DNA of 64,000 nt from Salpingoeca rosetta (GCA_033442325.1 JAWQFM010000012.1:194451-258450); one strand, 5' to 3'. Shown: positions 20,520 to 49,997, counted from the first letter of the stretch. The notes: generated by a model from the sequence alone, not told the origin. Numbers and translations: made by a program.

Positions 20520-21026
20520 ACACACACCTTTCTCGGCGACTGTCAGCTCTGCAAAAGGTTTCTCAGAAGCAAGCTGCTTGTTGCCACCCTTGCCCGTGCC
20601 CTGACACGCAGACAAACAGAGCACAGGCATGCATGAGGGACACGGAACAGGGTATGCGACTTCAGTTGACACACACACCCGCACCCACACACACCCACAC
20701 ACACACACACACACCCACACACACCCACACACACACACGTACACACACACACACACACGTACACACACACACACACACACACACACCCACACCCACACCC
20801 CCTCCCCCCACACACAGGGTACAAGTTTTCATGTTGTACCTTTGTCACTGCGTCAGACTTGGCACGCGTTGGCTGCCAGCGTTGCATGAGGTGGCCTGCA
20901 TGAAGCAAACAAAAAGGATAAGGCATGACGTGTGAAACTGAGAGCAGTACGCATGCATAGTGGCGTATCCTATTGTGCCGTGCGACTCACTCTACCCTGC
21001 TCCCGCTCTCAAGCGAACAGAAAGAG

Positions 21027-21061
<35 letters not shown>

Positions 21062-21226
21062 GGAGAGAGAGAGGTATTGACACAGACGCAGACACGCACC
21101 ACGTGCGATGCGCTGTTGGAAAGTGGCAAATGTTCTTGTGGACGCTAGGGTTTGGGTGGCTGTGGGCTGCACGCCAAAGGCACGCAGGCCACTGCTGGCC
21201 AATCGTCGCATCATCGTCATCATCAT
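18772..21226 (-). CDS. TIMM21: Mitochondrial import inner membrane translocase subunit Tim21
   Basis: Presequence [12 protein letters not shown]..., then [21 protein letters not shown] plus [23 protein letters not shown]...[31 protein letters not shown] and terminal [12 protein letters not shown]. The start is one of several in-frame ATGs at 21211-21226. Confidence 0.8.
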
Positions 21227-21347
21227 CGTTGTTGTTGCTGGCTGTGTCGTCGTCGTCTTCAGCAGTGTGGTGGAGGTGGTGGAGGCGGCGTGTAAGGTTG
21301 TACTTTTTATGGTGTCGCATACAGAACAAGACGTCATATGACTGAAT

Positions 21348-21445
21348 TCAGTCGAAGAAGTTGAGGCGGCGCTTCATCCACTCCTCGGTCATCTCCTCTG
21401 CCGATCGCACCTCAAACACCTGTGGTGTTGTGTGATGTGGGTGGG

Positions 21446-21481
<36 letters not shown>

Positions 21482-21482
21482 C

Positions 21483-21519
<37 letters not shown>

Positions 21520-21723
21520 AACGTGATGTGATGTGATGTGATGTGAGTCGGTGTGATGTGAGTGAGTGGGTGATACGTGTTGGCTCACAGGTGCAGCAAA
21601 ACAACCAAGTGCAGGGCAGGTGAAAACGGCACCTTTGTGATGTTGATCTCGTTGACAACAGCCGTCTTCGTGCTTGCATACAGCATGTTCTGATCGGGCT
21701 TGACACCTGTAAAGATCACACAC

Positions 21724-21791
<68 letters not shown>

Positions 21792-22419
21792 CATGTTCAA
21801 CTGCGTCAAGATCACGCGCGGCAAATGCAGGTGCATGGAAGGAATGGACGGCGTCACATATACACAGCACACCAAGCGCACAGCGAAAACATTCACAACA
21901 CTCACACATACACATACCTCCGGGGCAGTAGTAGATGAACATCAGGGGCACGCTGAAGCGGCCATCGGCGTGGTGGTGGCAATAGCTATCAGCGCAGCCA
22001 AACATCAACAGTTGGACGGGGTGACATGACCAATCATGTGAGGCAATGATGGAGCACTTGTTGACGATTTCAGCCAGAAGCACCAAGTTCCATCAACAGG
22101 TACACGGTAACGTCGGTCCAACAGAAAGGACTGCACAACCAACACAAGTGCACGCATATATATGTACACACACGCACACCCACACACCCACACACCCACA
22201 CACCCACCCACACTCACACACACACACACCTGTAAGCGATGTAACGTGGGCTGAATTCGGGCAGCTCCTCTGCAACGTCCTCGATTGTGACATCCTCCAG
22301 CTCGTCCTCCACAACGACCTGGCGTGACTTCATATCAATCTTCACTGCACTCCACCAACAGCAGATAATCAGACACACACACACAACACACACCCACATA
22401 CGCACACACACACACACAC

Positions 22420-22450
<31 letters not shown>

Positions 22451-22931
22451 GCACACACACACATACACACACGCACACACACACACACAACCGTACACAT
22501 ACGGCAGCGTCAGGAAAGGGGTGGGAGCATGTACGACTGCGCAGCAACCAACGCCACAACCGCAACGAAACGAACGCACACACACACAGACACAGACACA
22601 CAGACACAGGGAGCTTGGAACGCACTGATGACGGCGGCATTGTTCTTTTCCTTGCGAAAGCGAAACTTCTTGAGCACAGCCTTGAGCTCATCATCGATGG
22701 TGCACAATTGAATGTCCTGACACACAACATCCATGGTGATTTGATGTGATGTGAACGATGTGATGACACACACGCACACGCACGCACACGCACGCACACG
22801 CACACGCACAAACACACACGAGGTGAGCTACGATAACCAGCAACAACACCATTCAATTCAATCAGCAGTGCACCACTACCCACACCACGAACACCACCAG
22901 CATCACAAACCCAAACAAACCAACAAACCAT
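21348..22931 (-). CDS. GMF: Glia maturation factor (ADF-H family Arp2/3 debranching factor)
   Basis: M|DIQLCTIDDELKAVLKKFRFRKEKNNAAVI|..KIDMKSRQVVVEDELE...LPEFSPRYIAY|SYCHHHADGRFSVPLMFIYYCP|GVKPDQNMLYASTK|VFEVRSAEEMTEEWMKRRLNFFD*. Collinear with human GMFB. Confidence 0.95.
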
Positions 22932-23683
22932 GATGAAGGTTTGTCTGTCTGTGTGTCTGTTGTCTGTTGTGGATGGATGGTGGTGGAGGCGGCGATTTGA
23001 TGGTGGGTTTACGACAGCACAAAAATCACAGCGGCATGAATCAGCCTCGAAATATGACGGATATCGTTCCATATTTATCCACAATCCGGACGAACCTTGT
23101 CATCTTTCAAGTTCGACGCCTCGAACACAAGTCCTTCGCTGACCACGCCGCACAACAACAGCACTGACTGGTGTGGTTGTGGTGGTTGTGGTCGTTGTTC
23201 TGCTGCTGCGTTGGCAGCCAGCCAACCACCTTCTCATCATGTCACCACAACACTCGCTCGCGCGTACACGCAAGAAGCAAGCAAGCAAGCAAGCTGAGAA
23301 GAAACGAAAGGCCCAAAACCCACCACTCCACCCACACACAGCGGCAGAACAGCATTCACCCCACCAACCACCTTCACCGAGGTTGACGAGTTTGTTGTTT
23401 GGGTACAGCAAACGAGCAAGCGACTGAGTGAGTGCGGGAGGCCACAACCAACCAACCAGCGAGCCACTCCATCTATCATCCACACACGCACACATACATC
23501 CGCAGGCCCGCGCGAGCTGCCTCTTCCGTCTCCTTCTGCACGAGAACACGTAAAGGGACGGGCAGATAAGGGCACACAAGGACAGATCGCGGAGCGCACG
23601 CGTACGTCCTGCTCGACAACAAAGAAGGGTGTCCAGTCGCCTTTGACACAAGGCACAGATACATACCAATACAGCCACCAGCC

Positions 23684-32541
<8,858 letters not shown>

Positions 32542-33003
32542 TGGCGCGCCATGGCCGACGATGATGGTGATGGTGATGGTGATGGTGAGAGAGGATGAAG
32601 ATGGTGGAGTGTTGAGGAGGACATTATGCGTGGAGGTTGATGGAAGGTCCACACGACTGGATGCGTGTGCCGTTTTCCGTTTTGAGTGACAGGTGCCCTG
32701 GGGATGGTGTTTTCGTTTGGAGCATGCGTGTGTGCGCGCGAATGTGAGACGGGTATTAAGTTGCATCATGATTGTGTTCGTGTGTCTTGCTGCCAGCACA
32801 GGCACGCGCGTGCTACTTGGCAGCACTCTGTGCACATGTAGTGTGTGTGTGTGCGTGTGTGTGCGTGTGTGTGAGCGTGTGTGAGGGTGAGGGTGAGTGT
32901 GAGAGAGAGAGCGTGTGTGAGTGAGCGTGCGTGTGTGTTCTTTCGTTACCAGAGCATGCCAAGTGGTCGTTTTAAGTTGTGGTGCCGGGTTCGTTTTGTT
33001 TGC

Positions 33004-39736
<6,733 letters not shown>

Positions 39737-39777
39737 GGCTGGCTTTTCCGCGTCCAATGGAGCAAACAACGTCGTCC

Positions 39778-39808
<31 letters not shown>

Positions 39809-39924
39809 CCACCAGACCAAGCGTTACAGCAGCTTCCTGTTTCGTCTTCCACCACTGCCTCTGCTGCTTCCGGATTATGAGGATTCGTTGTATTTTCAAC
39901 TGTTTTTCTCTCAGCCGCACGAAG

Positions 39925-41280
39925 ATGATGATGGCGACGAGGATGAGGCATGTGGCGATGGTGGCGGCCAGGGCGACGGCAGCGGTTTCGCCTGTTGCGC
40001 GTGCGCGTGTGAGCGTGGCGGCCCTGCGCCAAGCAAGCGCAGCACTGTCCACATCAACTAGGTCCATGTTTGCGCAGCCGCCAGGTGGTGGTGCAAGTGG
40101 AGGGGACGACGCCAGGGCGGCGCGCACGCGTGCGCCAAAACAAAACAGACAGCAGCAGCAGAAACACAAGCAGCATCAGCCGCGTACGACTGGTGCACCT
40201 GGTCAGCGCATGAATGTTGCAGCTGCCACCAAGGGCATGCCGACGCCCGAGGACCAAATGGTGGATCTTGTGCGCAACGTGCTTCAGAGCCAGCAGCCGG
40301 CAGAGGCCAGCTCGCCGAAGCGTCTGCGTGAGGAGTTCAACGAGATGAAGGCGGAGCTGAAGAAGATCCAGCAACAGATTGCCGCAGCCGCGCCCATGGA
40401 GCCCGAGGAGGCAGCTGCCGAGGAGCCAGCACCAAGCGAAAAGCGTACGTCAGGCTTGCAAGAGACCGAAGTCACGGCTGCGGATGTCTTTGCGAACGCA
40501 AAGGGCGACATCAACCCAGATACAGAGATTATTATGGACCGTACGGGCCACGTCCACGTTGAGAACAGCGGCCACGTCGACTACGACATTGAGGATCTGA
40601 AGGTGTGCACACGTGCTTTGCCAGGGTGTGTGTGTGTGACTGTGAGTGAGTGAGTGAGTGAGTGAGTGAGTGAGTGAGTGTGTGTGTGTGCATGAGGGTG
40701 GGATGGGAGGCAGCGGGATTCAGTCCACTGCTTCTGTGATGACTGAGATTGACCTTTGGACCACCTGTGTTGCTTGCAGCCCATCACGTTCCAAGACCTG
40801 TCACGCATCAACATCCGCCACCACGCCCAACACTTGCGCGGTATGTATGCGCGTTCGCAGACTCTTTGCGTGCAGCGTTTCGAGGGCACACGTCTTTGTT
40901 GTTTAATTCGCGAAGTGATTCATGCATGTTTTGCACTGAGCCTTCACCTCTGTTACATCCGTACTCACTCTCTTTTCCCTTTACATATCTGTACTACACG
41001 TCTGTGTTGTGTGTTGCGTGTGTGTGTGTGGTGTGTGTGTGTGTGTATGTGTTCTCAGACCGCATGCGTGCGTGGCGTGAGCCGCTGCCCGAAGAATTTC
41101 TGCAGATTGAGACGCGCAACTACTACCATGTCGGCTCGCAGGGGTCGCACATCCCAGAGGCCCGCAAAGTCATCCTCACGGTGAGGCAGACGTGTGCGGA
41201 TTTCTCTGTGCGTGTGTGTATGAACAAGCGGCGGGGGAAGAGATGGGTGGACGTATGCATGGGTTTCTGTTGATGTTCAC

Positions 41281-41356
<76 letters not shown>

Positions 41357-42010
41357 CACACACCCCTCTCGCAGGCGAAGGTGTCGCAGCTTGGGCTCAA
41401 TGCCGCCGAGCGGGAGAAGCTGTTGCAGCTCGTTGGTTCACGCTATCGTGCCGCCACGGACACGCTCAAGCTGGTTGGCCGGCGGTACCCGACACGCGAG
41501 ATGAACCTCCAGTACGTCAAGGACCTCATCACCGTGCTCGTCGCAGAGGCTAAGGTGCGCCCGGGGCGGGGGATCGTTTATACACGGACGGATGGACGTG
41601 TGCGTGTGCGTGTATGGATGAACGTGTGTGGACGGGCTGGCTTTGGGTTGTGGTGATGTGGTGGTTTGCCGCAGTGTTGGGAGGTGGCATTGACTTGCTG
41701 CTGGTTGGACGAAGCGTTTACAACGGAGAGAGCGAAGCACTGAAGAGAGAACGCATGGATGAATGAAGCACGAAACGCATGTGCACACACATGCGCACAC
41801 ACCATACACGGCATCAGCAACAAAGGCGACAAGTCCACGGCATCCAACTATGTTATTAACAATCACCGTCACGTCGTCAAGCTATCGGATAACAGCGGCC
41901 TTCTCACAACTGACCACACACACACATGCACACATATACATACATGCACACATCAATGCACTGAACAGAACCCGGAGCTTCAGCTGGCGGAACTGCAAGA
42001 GAGCGCATGA
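39925..42010 (+). CDS. MRPS35: Mitochondrial small ribosomal subunit protein mS35 (MRPS35/Rsm24)
   Basis: Arg/Ala-rich presequence. HIPEARKVILT|AKVSQLGLNAAEREKLLQLVGSRYRAATDTLKLVGRRYPTREMNLQYVKDLITVLVAEAK matches the recalled mS35 core. Confidence 0.85.
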
Positions 42011-42289
42011 CGCAAGCAAGTGACCAGTGGTGGAGGACAAGTGCTCGAACACACCACAAGCAGTACATATCGCAATCATGACAAGACAGTAAACACGCAT
42101 GAACCTCGCCATCAACGTACGCTTTCGCACACACGTATACAGCCTGAATCTTGACTATTCACAGCACGGAAGCACACAGGGGAAAGAGAAGAAGGGAGGT
42201 AAGGAAAGGAGGGGAGGGGAAGGAGGGAGGGGAGACAGAGCAGCAGCACAACTCATGATGATGCGTTGGCGAGCAATGGCCCACGTCAC

Positions 42290-43142
42290 TTAGAAGCCTG
42301 TGTGTATGCACGTGTGTGATATGGCGAGATGAACGTGAGGAAACCAGTTTGTCATTTGCATAATGCATGTGCATGTGTGTGTGTGTGTGTGTGTGCCTCT
42401 CTCTCTCTCTGTGTGCCTCTGTGTGTGCCTCTCTGTGTGTGCCTCTGTGTGTGCCTGTGTTTGTTTGCACGAGAGGAGATAGCTGACAATTGATACCGGC
42501 CATCCATGCGAGACAGACAAACCGACACCAACTCACACCAACCCAGGCCAATCCAAGGCAACAAAGCACAACACAAAGAAGCAAACAAGCACAAGTACGC
42601 ACCCCATTGCTTGAGTTTGTCTGAGAGCCACTGGGAGGTCGACGGTTGCTGCTGCTGCTGCTGCTGTTGTGTTCCATTTGGACGGCGCTGTGACATGGCC
42701 CTCTGCCGTTGCTGGCGGTGGTGATGGTGATGGTGATGGCGGTGGTGATGGTGGTCCCACAAAGGAGGACAGTGAGGTGGTTGGTGAGAACGGAGCAGAG
42801 ACATCGCCACAGCAACTGCAAGTGCTGTGCAACGCACGCACACACACACACACACACAACACACACACACACACAGACAGACACACACACACACAAACGC
42901 AGTCACACACACACACACATACGCACTACACATACAGCCACAAGGCCACACCGTCATTGCCTGCTGCTGCCGTGCCTGCGGTGACGCCCTCTGCTGTTGC
43001 TGTTGCTGCTGCTGTGCTGACCGCTGCCACCACCCGGTCGTTGTCCGCTGTCGTCCACCGTTCGCACCGCCCATCATGCCACGCTGCTGCTGCATCATAC
43101 GCTGCTGCTGCATCATACGCTGCTGCTGTGGAGTCATTGTCC

Positions 43143-43176
<34 letters not shown>

Positions 43177-44391
43177 TGCTGGCGGCATGCGGCCGAGTGG
43201 CGTTGAGTACACCGATCCCGACGGTGATTGCCGTGACGCGGGCGTCCCAACACCACTCTGCACACCATCACGACGACGACCACCAACACCACTGCTGTTG
43301 CGATTGGCGGGAGTGTTCCCCCTCACGCCCCCTGCTGCTGCTGCTGCGGCTGCTCGCGGTGTGCTGCGTGTGCCGGGTGGTGGGGGCGTGACCTCTGCTG
43401 GCCGCTGTGGTTTCGGGGGCGGCGCGAGCGACGGGTGCATTGGCAGAGACAGGTCTGGGTCACTGTCGTCCGTCGCACCGAGCAGATCTGCACACGGGTG
43501 GCCAGGATGGTGGTGATGATGATGGTGGCGGTGATCATGATATGATGGCCAAGAGATGAATGTGAGGGACACAAAGGAAGCACGAACGGGTATGGGCGTG
43601 CGTGCGTGTGGATGTACGTGAGAGGGCGTGCTTGAGGGGGCAAGGACAGCAACGCCGCACCGTCTGTCTGGGCGAGGAGGAGTGTACCATCTGTTGCAGA
43701 TGCTTCGCCGAGACCTGAGCAATGCACAGCAGTGACACGTGAGCAAGCAGTCGATGCATGCATGCATGCATGCATGCATGTGTGTGTGCCTGTGTATATG
43801 CGCGCGTTTGTTTGCGAGCGCGCATGCGTTCACATGTGTGTATCTTACCGTCTGCGCCCCTGAGGGAGATTGTTTTTGTTGGATCTGAACCGGAGGATGA
43901 CGTCAAATCTGCACAGACACAAACGCGTGACAGGAAACAAGTGTCAATCAGTGGGGCAGAAAGTAAAGTGCTTGCAGGCACAACTACAGCACACCACGCA
44001 CATACAACCAACAAACAAACGCACAACCAACAAACGCACAACCAACCAAAACAAACAAACAAACAAACAAATGATGAACAACCAACCAACCAAACAAACA
44101 ACCAACCAAAACAAACAAACAAACGCACAACCAACCAATCAAACGAACAAGCCAGCAAACAGAGCAGGGCAGCAGCTTGTACCGAGGGCGTCATCGAGGG
44201 TGAGGATGCGTCTGCTGGTGCCGGCCTTGCCCGAGCGAAGTCGCTTGACCTGCGCCATCAGCTCCTCGTTCATGGCCTGGAGATGCAGCAGTTCGTCCTC
44301 CGCCACGGTGTTGTCGTACTGCGCGTCGCTCAGCTGCTCCTTCAGCCTGACAGCGAGCACAGCCAAGGGGGGGGGGGTTTGGCAGTGAGGG

Positions 44392-44465
<74 letters not shown>

Positions 44466-47389
44466 AAGTGCGTGATGGCTCCAAGTAGCAGACAGCGTGT
44501 GCGCTCTAACACGGTGCTTACTTTGCGTTTTCTGCCCGAAGCGCCTTCAGCTCCGTGTCTGTGTGCAAATTAGACCCAGGATGCTGGCCCTGTTGGAAAT
44601 GCACCATGAAAACATACCACGAGACAAGGAGGATGAATTCAAACCAAGAACCAAACACAAACACCAAATACGGGATTCTGTGCACAAAGACAGTCACTCC
44701 ATACACAGTGTCTTTTCCTTGATCATCAGCACCGCTCAGCATCGCAGTCCGCACCTGGTTTGCGACGAGGTGGTTGTGCTTCGCCCACAGCTGCTGCAGT
44801 TCCGCAGACTTGACGGACAACTCGTCCTCTAATTGCGCAATCTTCTCCTCCTGCACACAATCGTTTTGGAGCCGCGCAGGTGGAGCATGTAACAGCATCG
44901 GTGAAATGCAAGGAATATAGAGGACAGAGGGGAAGGGTGATTGCACGTAGACAGGCAGGCACACTCACACAGACACACAGACACTCACACACACGCACGC
45001 ACGCATGCATACACACGCACAGACACACACGCACACACAGACACGCACACGCACGCACGCATGCATACACACGCACAGACACACACACACACACACAGAC
45101 ACAGACACACGCACACACACACACACACACACGGGGAGGACGCACGGCTTTTCTAAGTTCTTGGCGGACGATTGTGGCTGGTTCGGGCTGGGCCATCTTG
45201 GCGAGCAGGTCGTTGTGCTGCCCGTCCAGCACCTTGTACTCGACGCGAAGGTTCGCAACGAGCGCTTCAGACTGTCGCAGACGGTCACGTAGCGCCGTCG
45301 ACTCCTTCTTCAGCCGCGCGTTGTCGTCACGCAGCTCCACCATGGCGGGATCAGTTGTCCGCACGTGCACAGACGATCCACCGCTGCCACGTGGCCGCAT
45401 GGACTGTGCACGATTGCGCTGAAGCGACGCAGCGCTTGCATCATGTCCGCTGTCCTTCGTGCTGTCCTTCGTGCTGTCCTTCGTGCTGTTGGTGCGCGGG
45501 TTTCGGGCCATGACAGACCCAGATGAGCGCTGGCGGAACGAGCGGGAGGACGATGTGTTGGCGTTGTCGTCATCGGTGGCGAATCGAACCGACCGTTGAC
45601 GCTGCGGTGCTGAAGTGTTGTTGCTGTCCTGGTTCTTCTTCGCCTTGGCTGCTGCTGCTACTGCTGCTGCTTCTTCTTCCTTCCGCAGCCTCTCTTGCTC
45701 TTCCTTACGAGCGCGTTCTTGTGCCTCCCGCTGTTTCCGTTCTTCCTCCTCCTTCTTCAGCCTTTCCTCTTCTTCCTTCTTCAGCCTTTTCTCTTCTTCC
45801 TTCTTGAGTCTCTCTTCCTCCTCCTTCTTCAGCCTTTCCTCTTCTTCCTTCTTGAGTCTCTCTTCCTCCTCCTTCTTCAGCCTTTCCTCTTCTTCCTTCT
45901 TGAGTCTCTCTTCCTCCTCCTTCTTCAGCCTTTCCTCTTCTTCCTTCTTGAGTCTCTCTTCCTCCTCCTTCTTCAGCCTTTCCTCTTCTTCCTTCTTGAG
46001 TCTCTCTTCCTCCTCCTTCTTCAGCCTTTCCTCTTCTTCCTTCTTGAGTCTCTCTTCCTCCTCCTTCTTCAGCCTTTCCTCTTCTTCCTTCTTGAGTCTC
46101 TCTTCCTCCTCCTTCTTCAGCCTTTCCTCTTCTTCCTTCTTGAGTCTCTCTTCCTCCTCCTTCTTCAGCCTTTCCTCTTCTTCCTTCTTGAGTCTCTCTT
46201 CCTCCTCCTTCTTCAGCCTTTCCTCTTCTTCCTCCTTTTGCTTCCGTTCTTCCTCTTCCTTTCGCTTCCTCTCCTCTTCCTCACGCTGTTTCCTCTCCTC
46301 CTCTTCCTGACGCAAACGTTCTTCCTCCTTTCGCTTCCGTTCTTCTTCTTCTTTGCGAGCGCGTTCTTCCTCCTCCTTCTTGAGTCTCTCTTCCTCCTCC
46401 TTTCGCTTCCTCTCCTCTTCTTCCTGACGCAAACGTTCTGCTTCTTCTTCCTTTCGCTTCCTTTCATCCTCTTCTTTCTGCTTCTCCTCTTCCTCCTTTC
46501 GCTTCCGTTCTTCTTCTTCTTCTTTGCGAGCGCGTTCCTCTTCTTCCTTCTTCAGCCTTTCCTCTTCTTCCTTCTTGAGTCTCTCTTCCTCCTCCTTCTT
46601 CAGCCTTTCCTCTTCTTCCTTCTTGAGTCTCTCTTCCTCCTCCTTCTTCAGCCTTTCCTCTTCTTCCTTCTTGAGTCTCTCTTCCTCTTCCTTCTTCAGC
46701 CTTTCCTCCTCCTCCTTCTTCAAACGTTCTTCTTCCTTTCGCTGTTGTTCCTCCTCACTGCCACCTTTCCCTGCAGCCTCCGCCCCCTTTTCATCTGTCG
46801 TTGCGTCGTCAGCGCGAGACGCGTCCTTCTCATCGCCATCGCCATTGTCATCGCGGGCCCCGTTCGTGTCCTTCTTCGACGATGCTGGCGGCTTTGTCAC
46901 CTGCTGGCTGTGCGAGCGGCCGCGCATTTGGGGTTGCGTGTCGTTGTCGTTACCTTCCTCGGTCTTTGGCGGTGCCTCACTCGCCTTGGCCGAGTTGTCC
47001 TGCTTCTTTGTCTCTTCAGCGGATGCTGCTGACGTCTTTGTGGCATTGCCCGCTGCGTCCCCTTTGCTCGACTCTGTGTGAATGAAACAAACACAAACCA
47101 AGATGAAACGAGTGAAAGGTCACTCACACACACATGCACATGCACACACACACACTCACACACACACACACTGTGAAACACAAATACGCACACGCACACA
47201 AATACGCACACACACACACACAAGCACACAATCACAGAAATACGCACACACACAATCACACAATCACACAACAAACGTACTGTGCTTTGCCTTTGGCTTT
47301 CGGCAGTTGGTGCAGATGTTGGGGCGTGATCGGTGCGGCACAAACTCATCGCACGCCGATGTCGTCGCGGCCCTGCGACGACGATCCAT
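42290..47389 (-). CDS. Uncharacterised cytoskeletal-type protein: N-terminal CxxF-x8-CxxCxKPxxxH motif, long KKEEEERL single-alpha-helix repeat, coiled coil, P/Q-rich tail
   Basis: Exon 1 (ATG 47389) reads [36 protein letters not shown] and splices in phase 1 to the 791-aa ORF. Further coiled-coil exons lie at about 44756-44852 and 44181-44350. The protein ends [11 protein letters not shown]|GF* at 42290. Confidence 0.7.
45745..46725 (-). repeat. Coding minisatellite, 24-bp unit (KKEEEERL) arranged as a 48-bp higher-order dimer
   Basis: Plus-strand units ttcttcagcctttcctcttcttcc and ttcttgagtctctcttcctcctcc alternate in two blocks (about 45745-46230 and 46545-46725). Confidence 0.95.
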
Positions 47390-48092
47390 GGTTCACACTA
47401 CAACGCTGTGCGGACCCCTCTTCTTCCAACAAGAAGCAAAACCGACAACAAAAACGCAGCAAGAAGGCAAGTTGTGGTTGTGCCGTGAATTGCTGCAAAA
47501 TTGTGCACCAGTCACGTCCACGCAGAAACCAGTAGGCAAATGCGCCGCCGGGCAGCACAAGCGCTGACACCGCAAGCGCGTGCGCTTGCACGGACAGGCC
47601 GAGCAGTACACTGCCTGCTACTGCGATGGTGGAAGCATGAGCCCAGCACTCTCGGCCCACCCACACGTCCTGCAAACAACAAATGGCGTTACCTGTAGTC
47701 GTTTGTTTTCGTGTCCTGATCAAAGCATGCACTGCCCTCCAATGCAAGCACTTCTTCCTTTCCTTGCTTGTGATGCGATGCGTCCTTCTTGCCTGTTGTG
47801 CCTGCCCTGCACGTTGTGCCTGCTCTCCCTCCTGCCAATCACGCAACTCAAGCGACGATGATTTGGCCTTTGTGTGTGCTGCCTTCTGCTTCCTTCTGCA
47901 TTGATGTTGCGGAAATTCATTGAACATCTTCCATCAACTCTCCAGCCAATATTTTGAGCAAGACCTTCCAACCAAATCGACTGACAGTTGCTTGTGAGAC
48001 GGCAGTGTGTTTGAGACCTCCCCACATCCATCGCTTCCTTGCTCCCTTTCTCTCTTTCGTTCCAAGAAGCACAACAGGACGACCAGGCAGTC

Positions 48093-49310
48093 ATGAGTGG
48101 TATGTGCTGCACGAGCATGTGTGCGTGTGTGTGTGATATGCGTGTGAGAATTGATTGACCATGTTTGAGGCAGCGTGTGGTGATTGTTGTTTCGTTGCAT
48201 GCATGGCAGACGCCCCTGCTTGAATCGTGTCAACGATGACTGACCCATGCTCCTCATGTGTTTGTCCTCACCCCCAATCACAGGCGACATAGGCTTTGCC
48301 AACCTCCCCAATCAAATCCATCGTGAGGTCACGCTCAAGGGGTTTGACTTCACTTTGATGGTCGTTGGTGAGTGCTTCTTCTCACTGGCGCTGTGTATGC
48401 GTGCGTGTTGGTGTGTGAGTGTGCCTGAGTACGTGTGTACATATGCTGGCTTGCATTCTTCGCGTTTGTGTGAGTCTTGGGCAACTGACGATGCTTATCA
48501 ACGCTCCAATCACACACACACACACACACACACTCTCTCTCTCTCTATACTACAGGGCGGTCTGGATTGGGAAAATCGACGTTTGTCAACACCCTGTTCT
48601 CCACCGACATCTATGAAGAGGACAAGCCCTATCCCCCACCTTGTACGTCAAGTGTTGTGACTGGCTGAAGTCATGCGCCTTTTCCTGTACACGTGTACGT
48701 GTGCTCTTGTGTACATGCACTGCGTGATTTATGCTTGAGGTTACAGTTTTCATTGTTTGCTGCTGTTGGTCGTTGCGTACTTGTTTCTCACTCACCTTCT
48801 CTCTCACCCGGTGGTTGCCTCGTTTTCCTGCTTCCGCAGGTGCTCGCATTCCCAGCACAACCTCTGTGCAGGAGAGCGTGACAACGCTCATTGAGAACGA
48901 CGTGAGTTGGATTCACCTCTTGCTGTCTGCAACTGTATGCGACGTTTGCACGTGCGTTGAGGGCTTGCGGATGCATCGCATGTGCACACGCCCTTTCCTG
49001 CTCTTGGCTGATGCTGCCTTGTGGTTCTCGCTCCCCCGCCCCCCGCTTACGCGTTCATTTCCCCTCTGCAGGTTCAGCTCACGCTCACGCTCGTGGACAC
49101 GCCGGGCTTTGGAAACGGCATCAACAACACAGACTGGTGCGTTTGTACTGCTTCACATGGGTCCTCCAAAAGCGTTTGTCTGAGCTTGAACACTGCTGTA
49201 ATGTATTTATGGATGGACGCATGGGCGCATGGACGCATGGATGCACGCATGGATGGATGGATGGATGGATGGATGGATGAATGAATGAATGGCGTTTAGC
49301 TTCCCAACTC

Positions 49311-49351
<41 letters not shown>

Positions 49352-49938
49352 ATCCAATGTTCTTCACATCACCCTAATGCCCCTTTCTTTCATGACTTCT
49401 ACTGCTTCTACTGCGTCCCCTGCTGGTGCAGCTGGGTCCCCATTGAGGAGTATGTTGACAATGCGTTCTCCAAGTACGAGGGCGAGGAGTCGAAGATCAG
49501 CCGCACGGATATCCGTGATTGCCGCGTCCACTGCTGCCTCTACTTCCTCACTCCTTGCATCCACGGGTGCGTCCGCACATTCGCATGCTGCTGCCGTGTG
49601 AATGCATGCATATATGTGTGTGTATGTGTGCGTGTGTGCGTGCGTGTGTGCGTGCGTGTGTGTGTGCGTATGTGTGTGTGTGTGTGGTGCGCGTTTATGC
49701 TGTCTGTGATGACGAACCAGGTTTTGGTTCTTGTCTCCATGCTGCTCATCTTCCATCGCTCTCTGATGTCGTGTTCCTCCGCTTCAGCGTCCGTCCCCTC
49801 GACATTGAAGTCATGAAGCGCCTGCACACGAAGGTGCATGCTCGTCTCAATTGCATGTGCTTTTTCACCAAAGACACACATCACACACACAGACACATAC
49901 AAACACACACACACACAGGCACATACAAACACAGGCAC

Positions 49939-49997
<59 letters not shown>

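Noticed and set aside
45745-46725. Regular repeats resembling a CRISPR array or satellite
   Set aside because: There are no unique spacers. It is an in-frame coding minisatellite in a eukaryotic gene.
45615-47081. Plus-strand F/L/S-rich ORFs resembling membrane proteins
   Set aside because: Antisense translations of the KE repeat.
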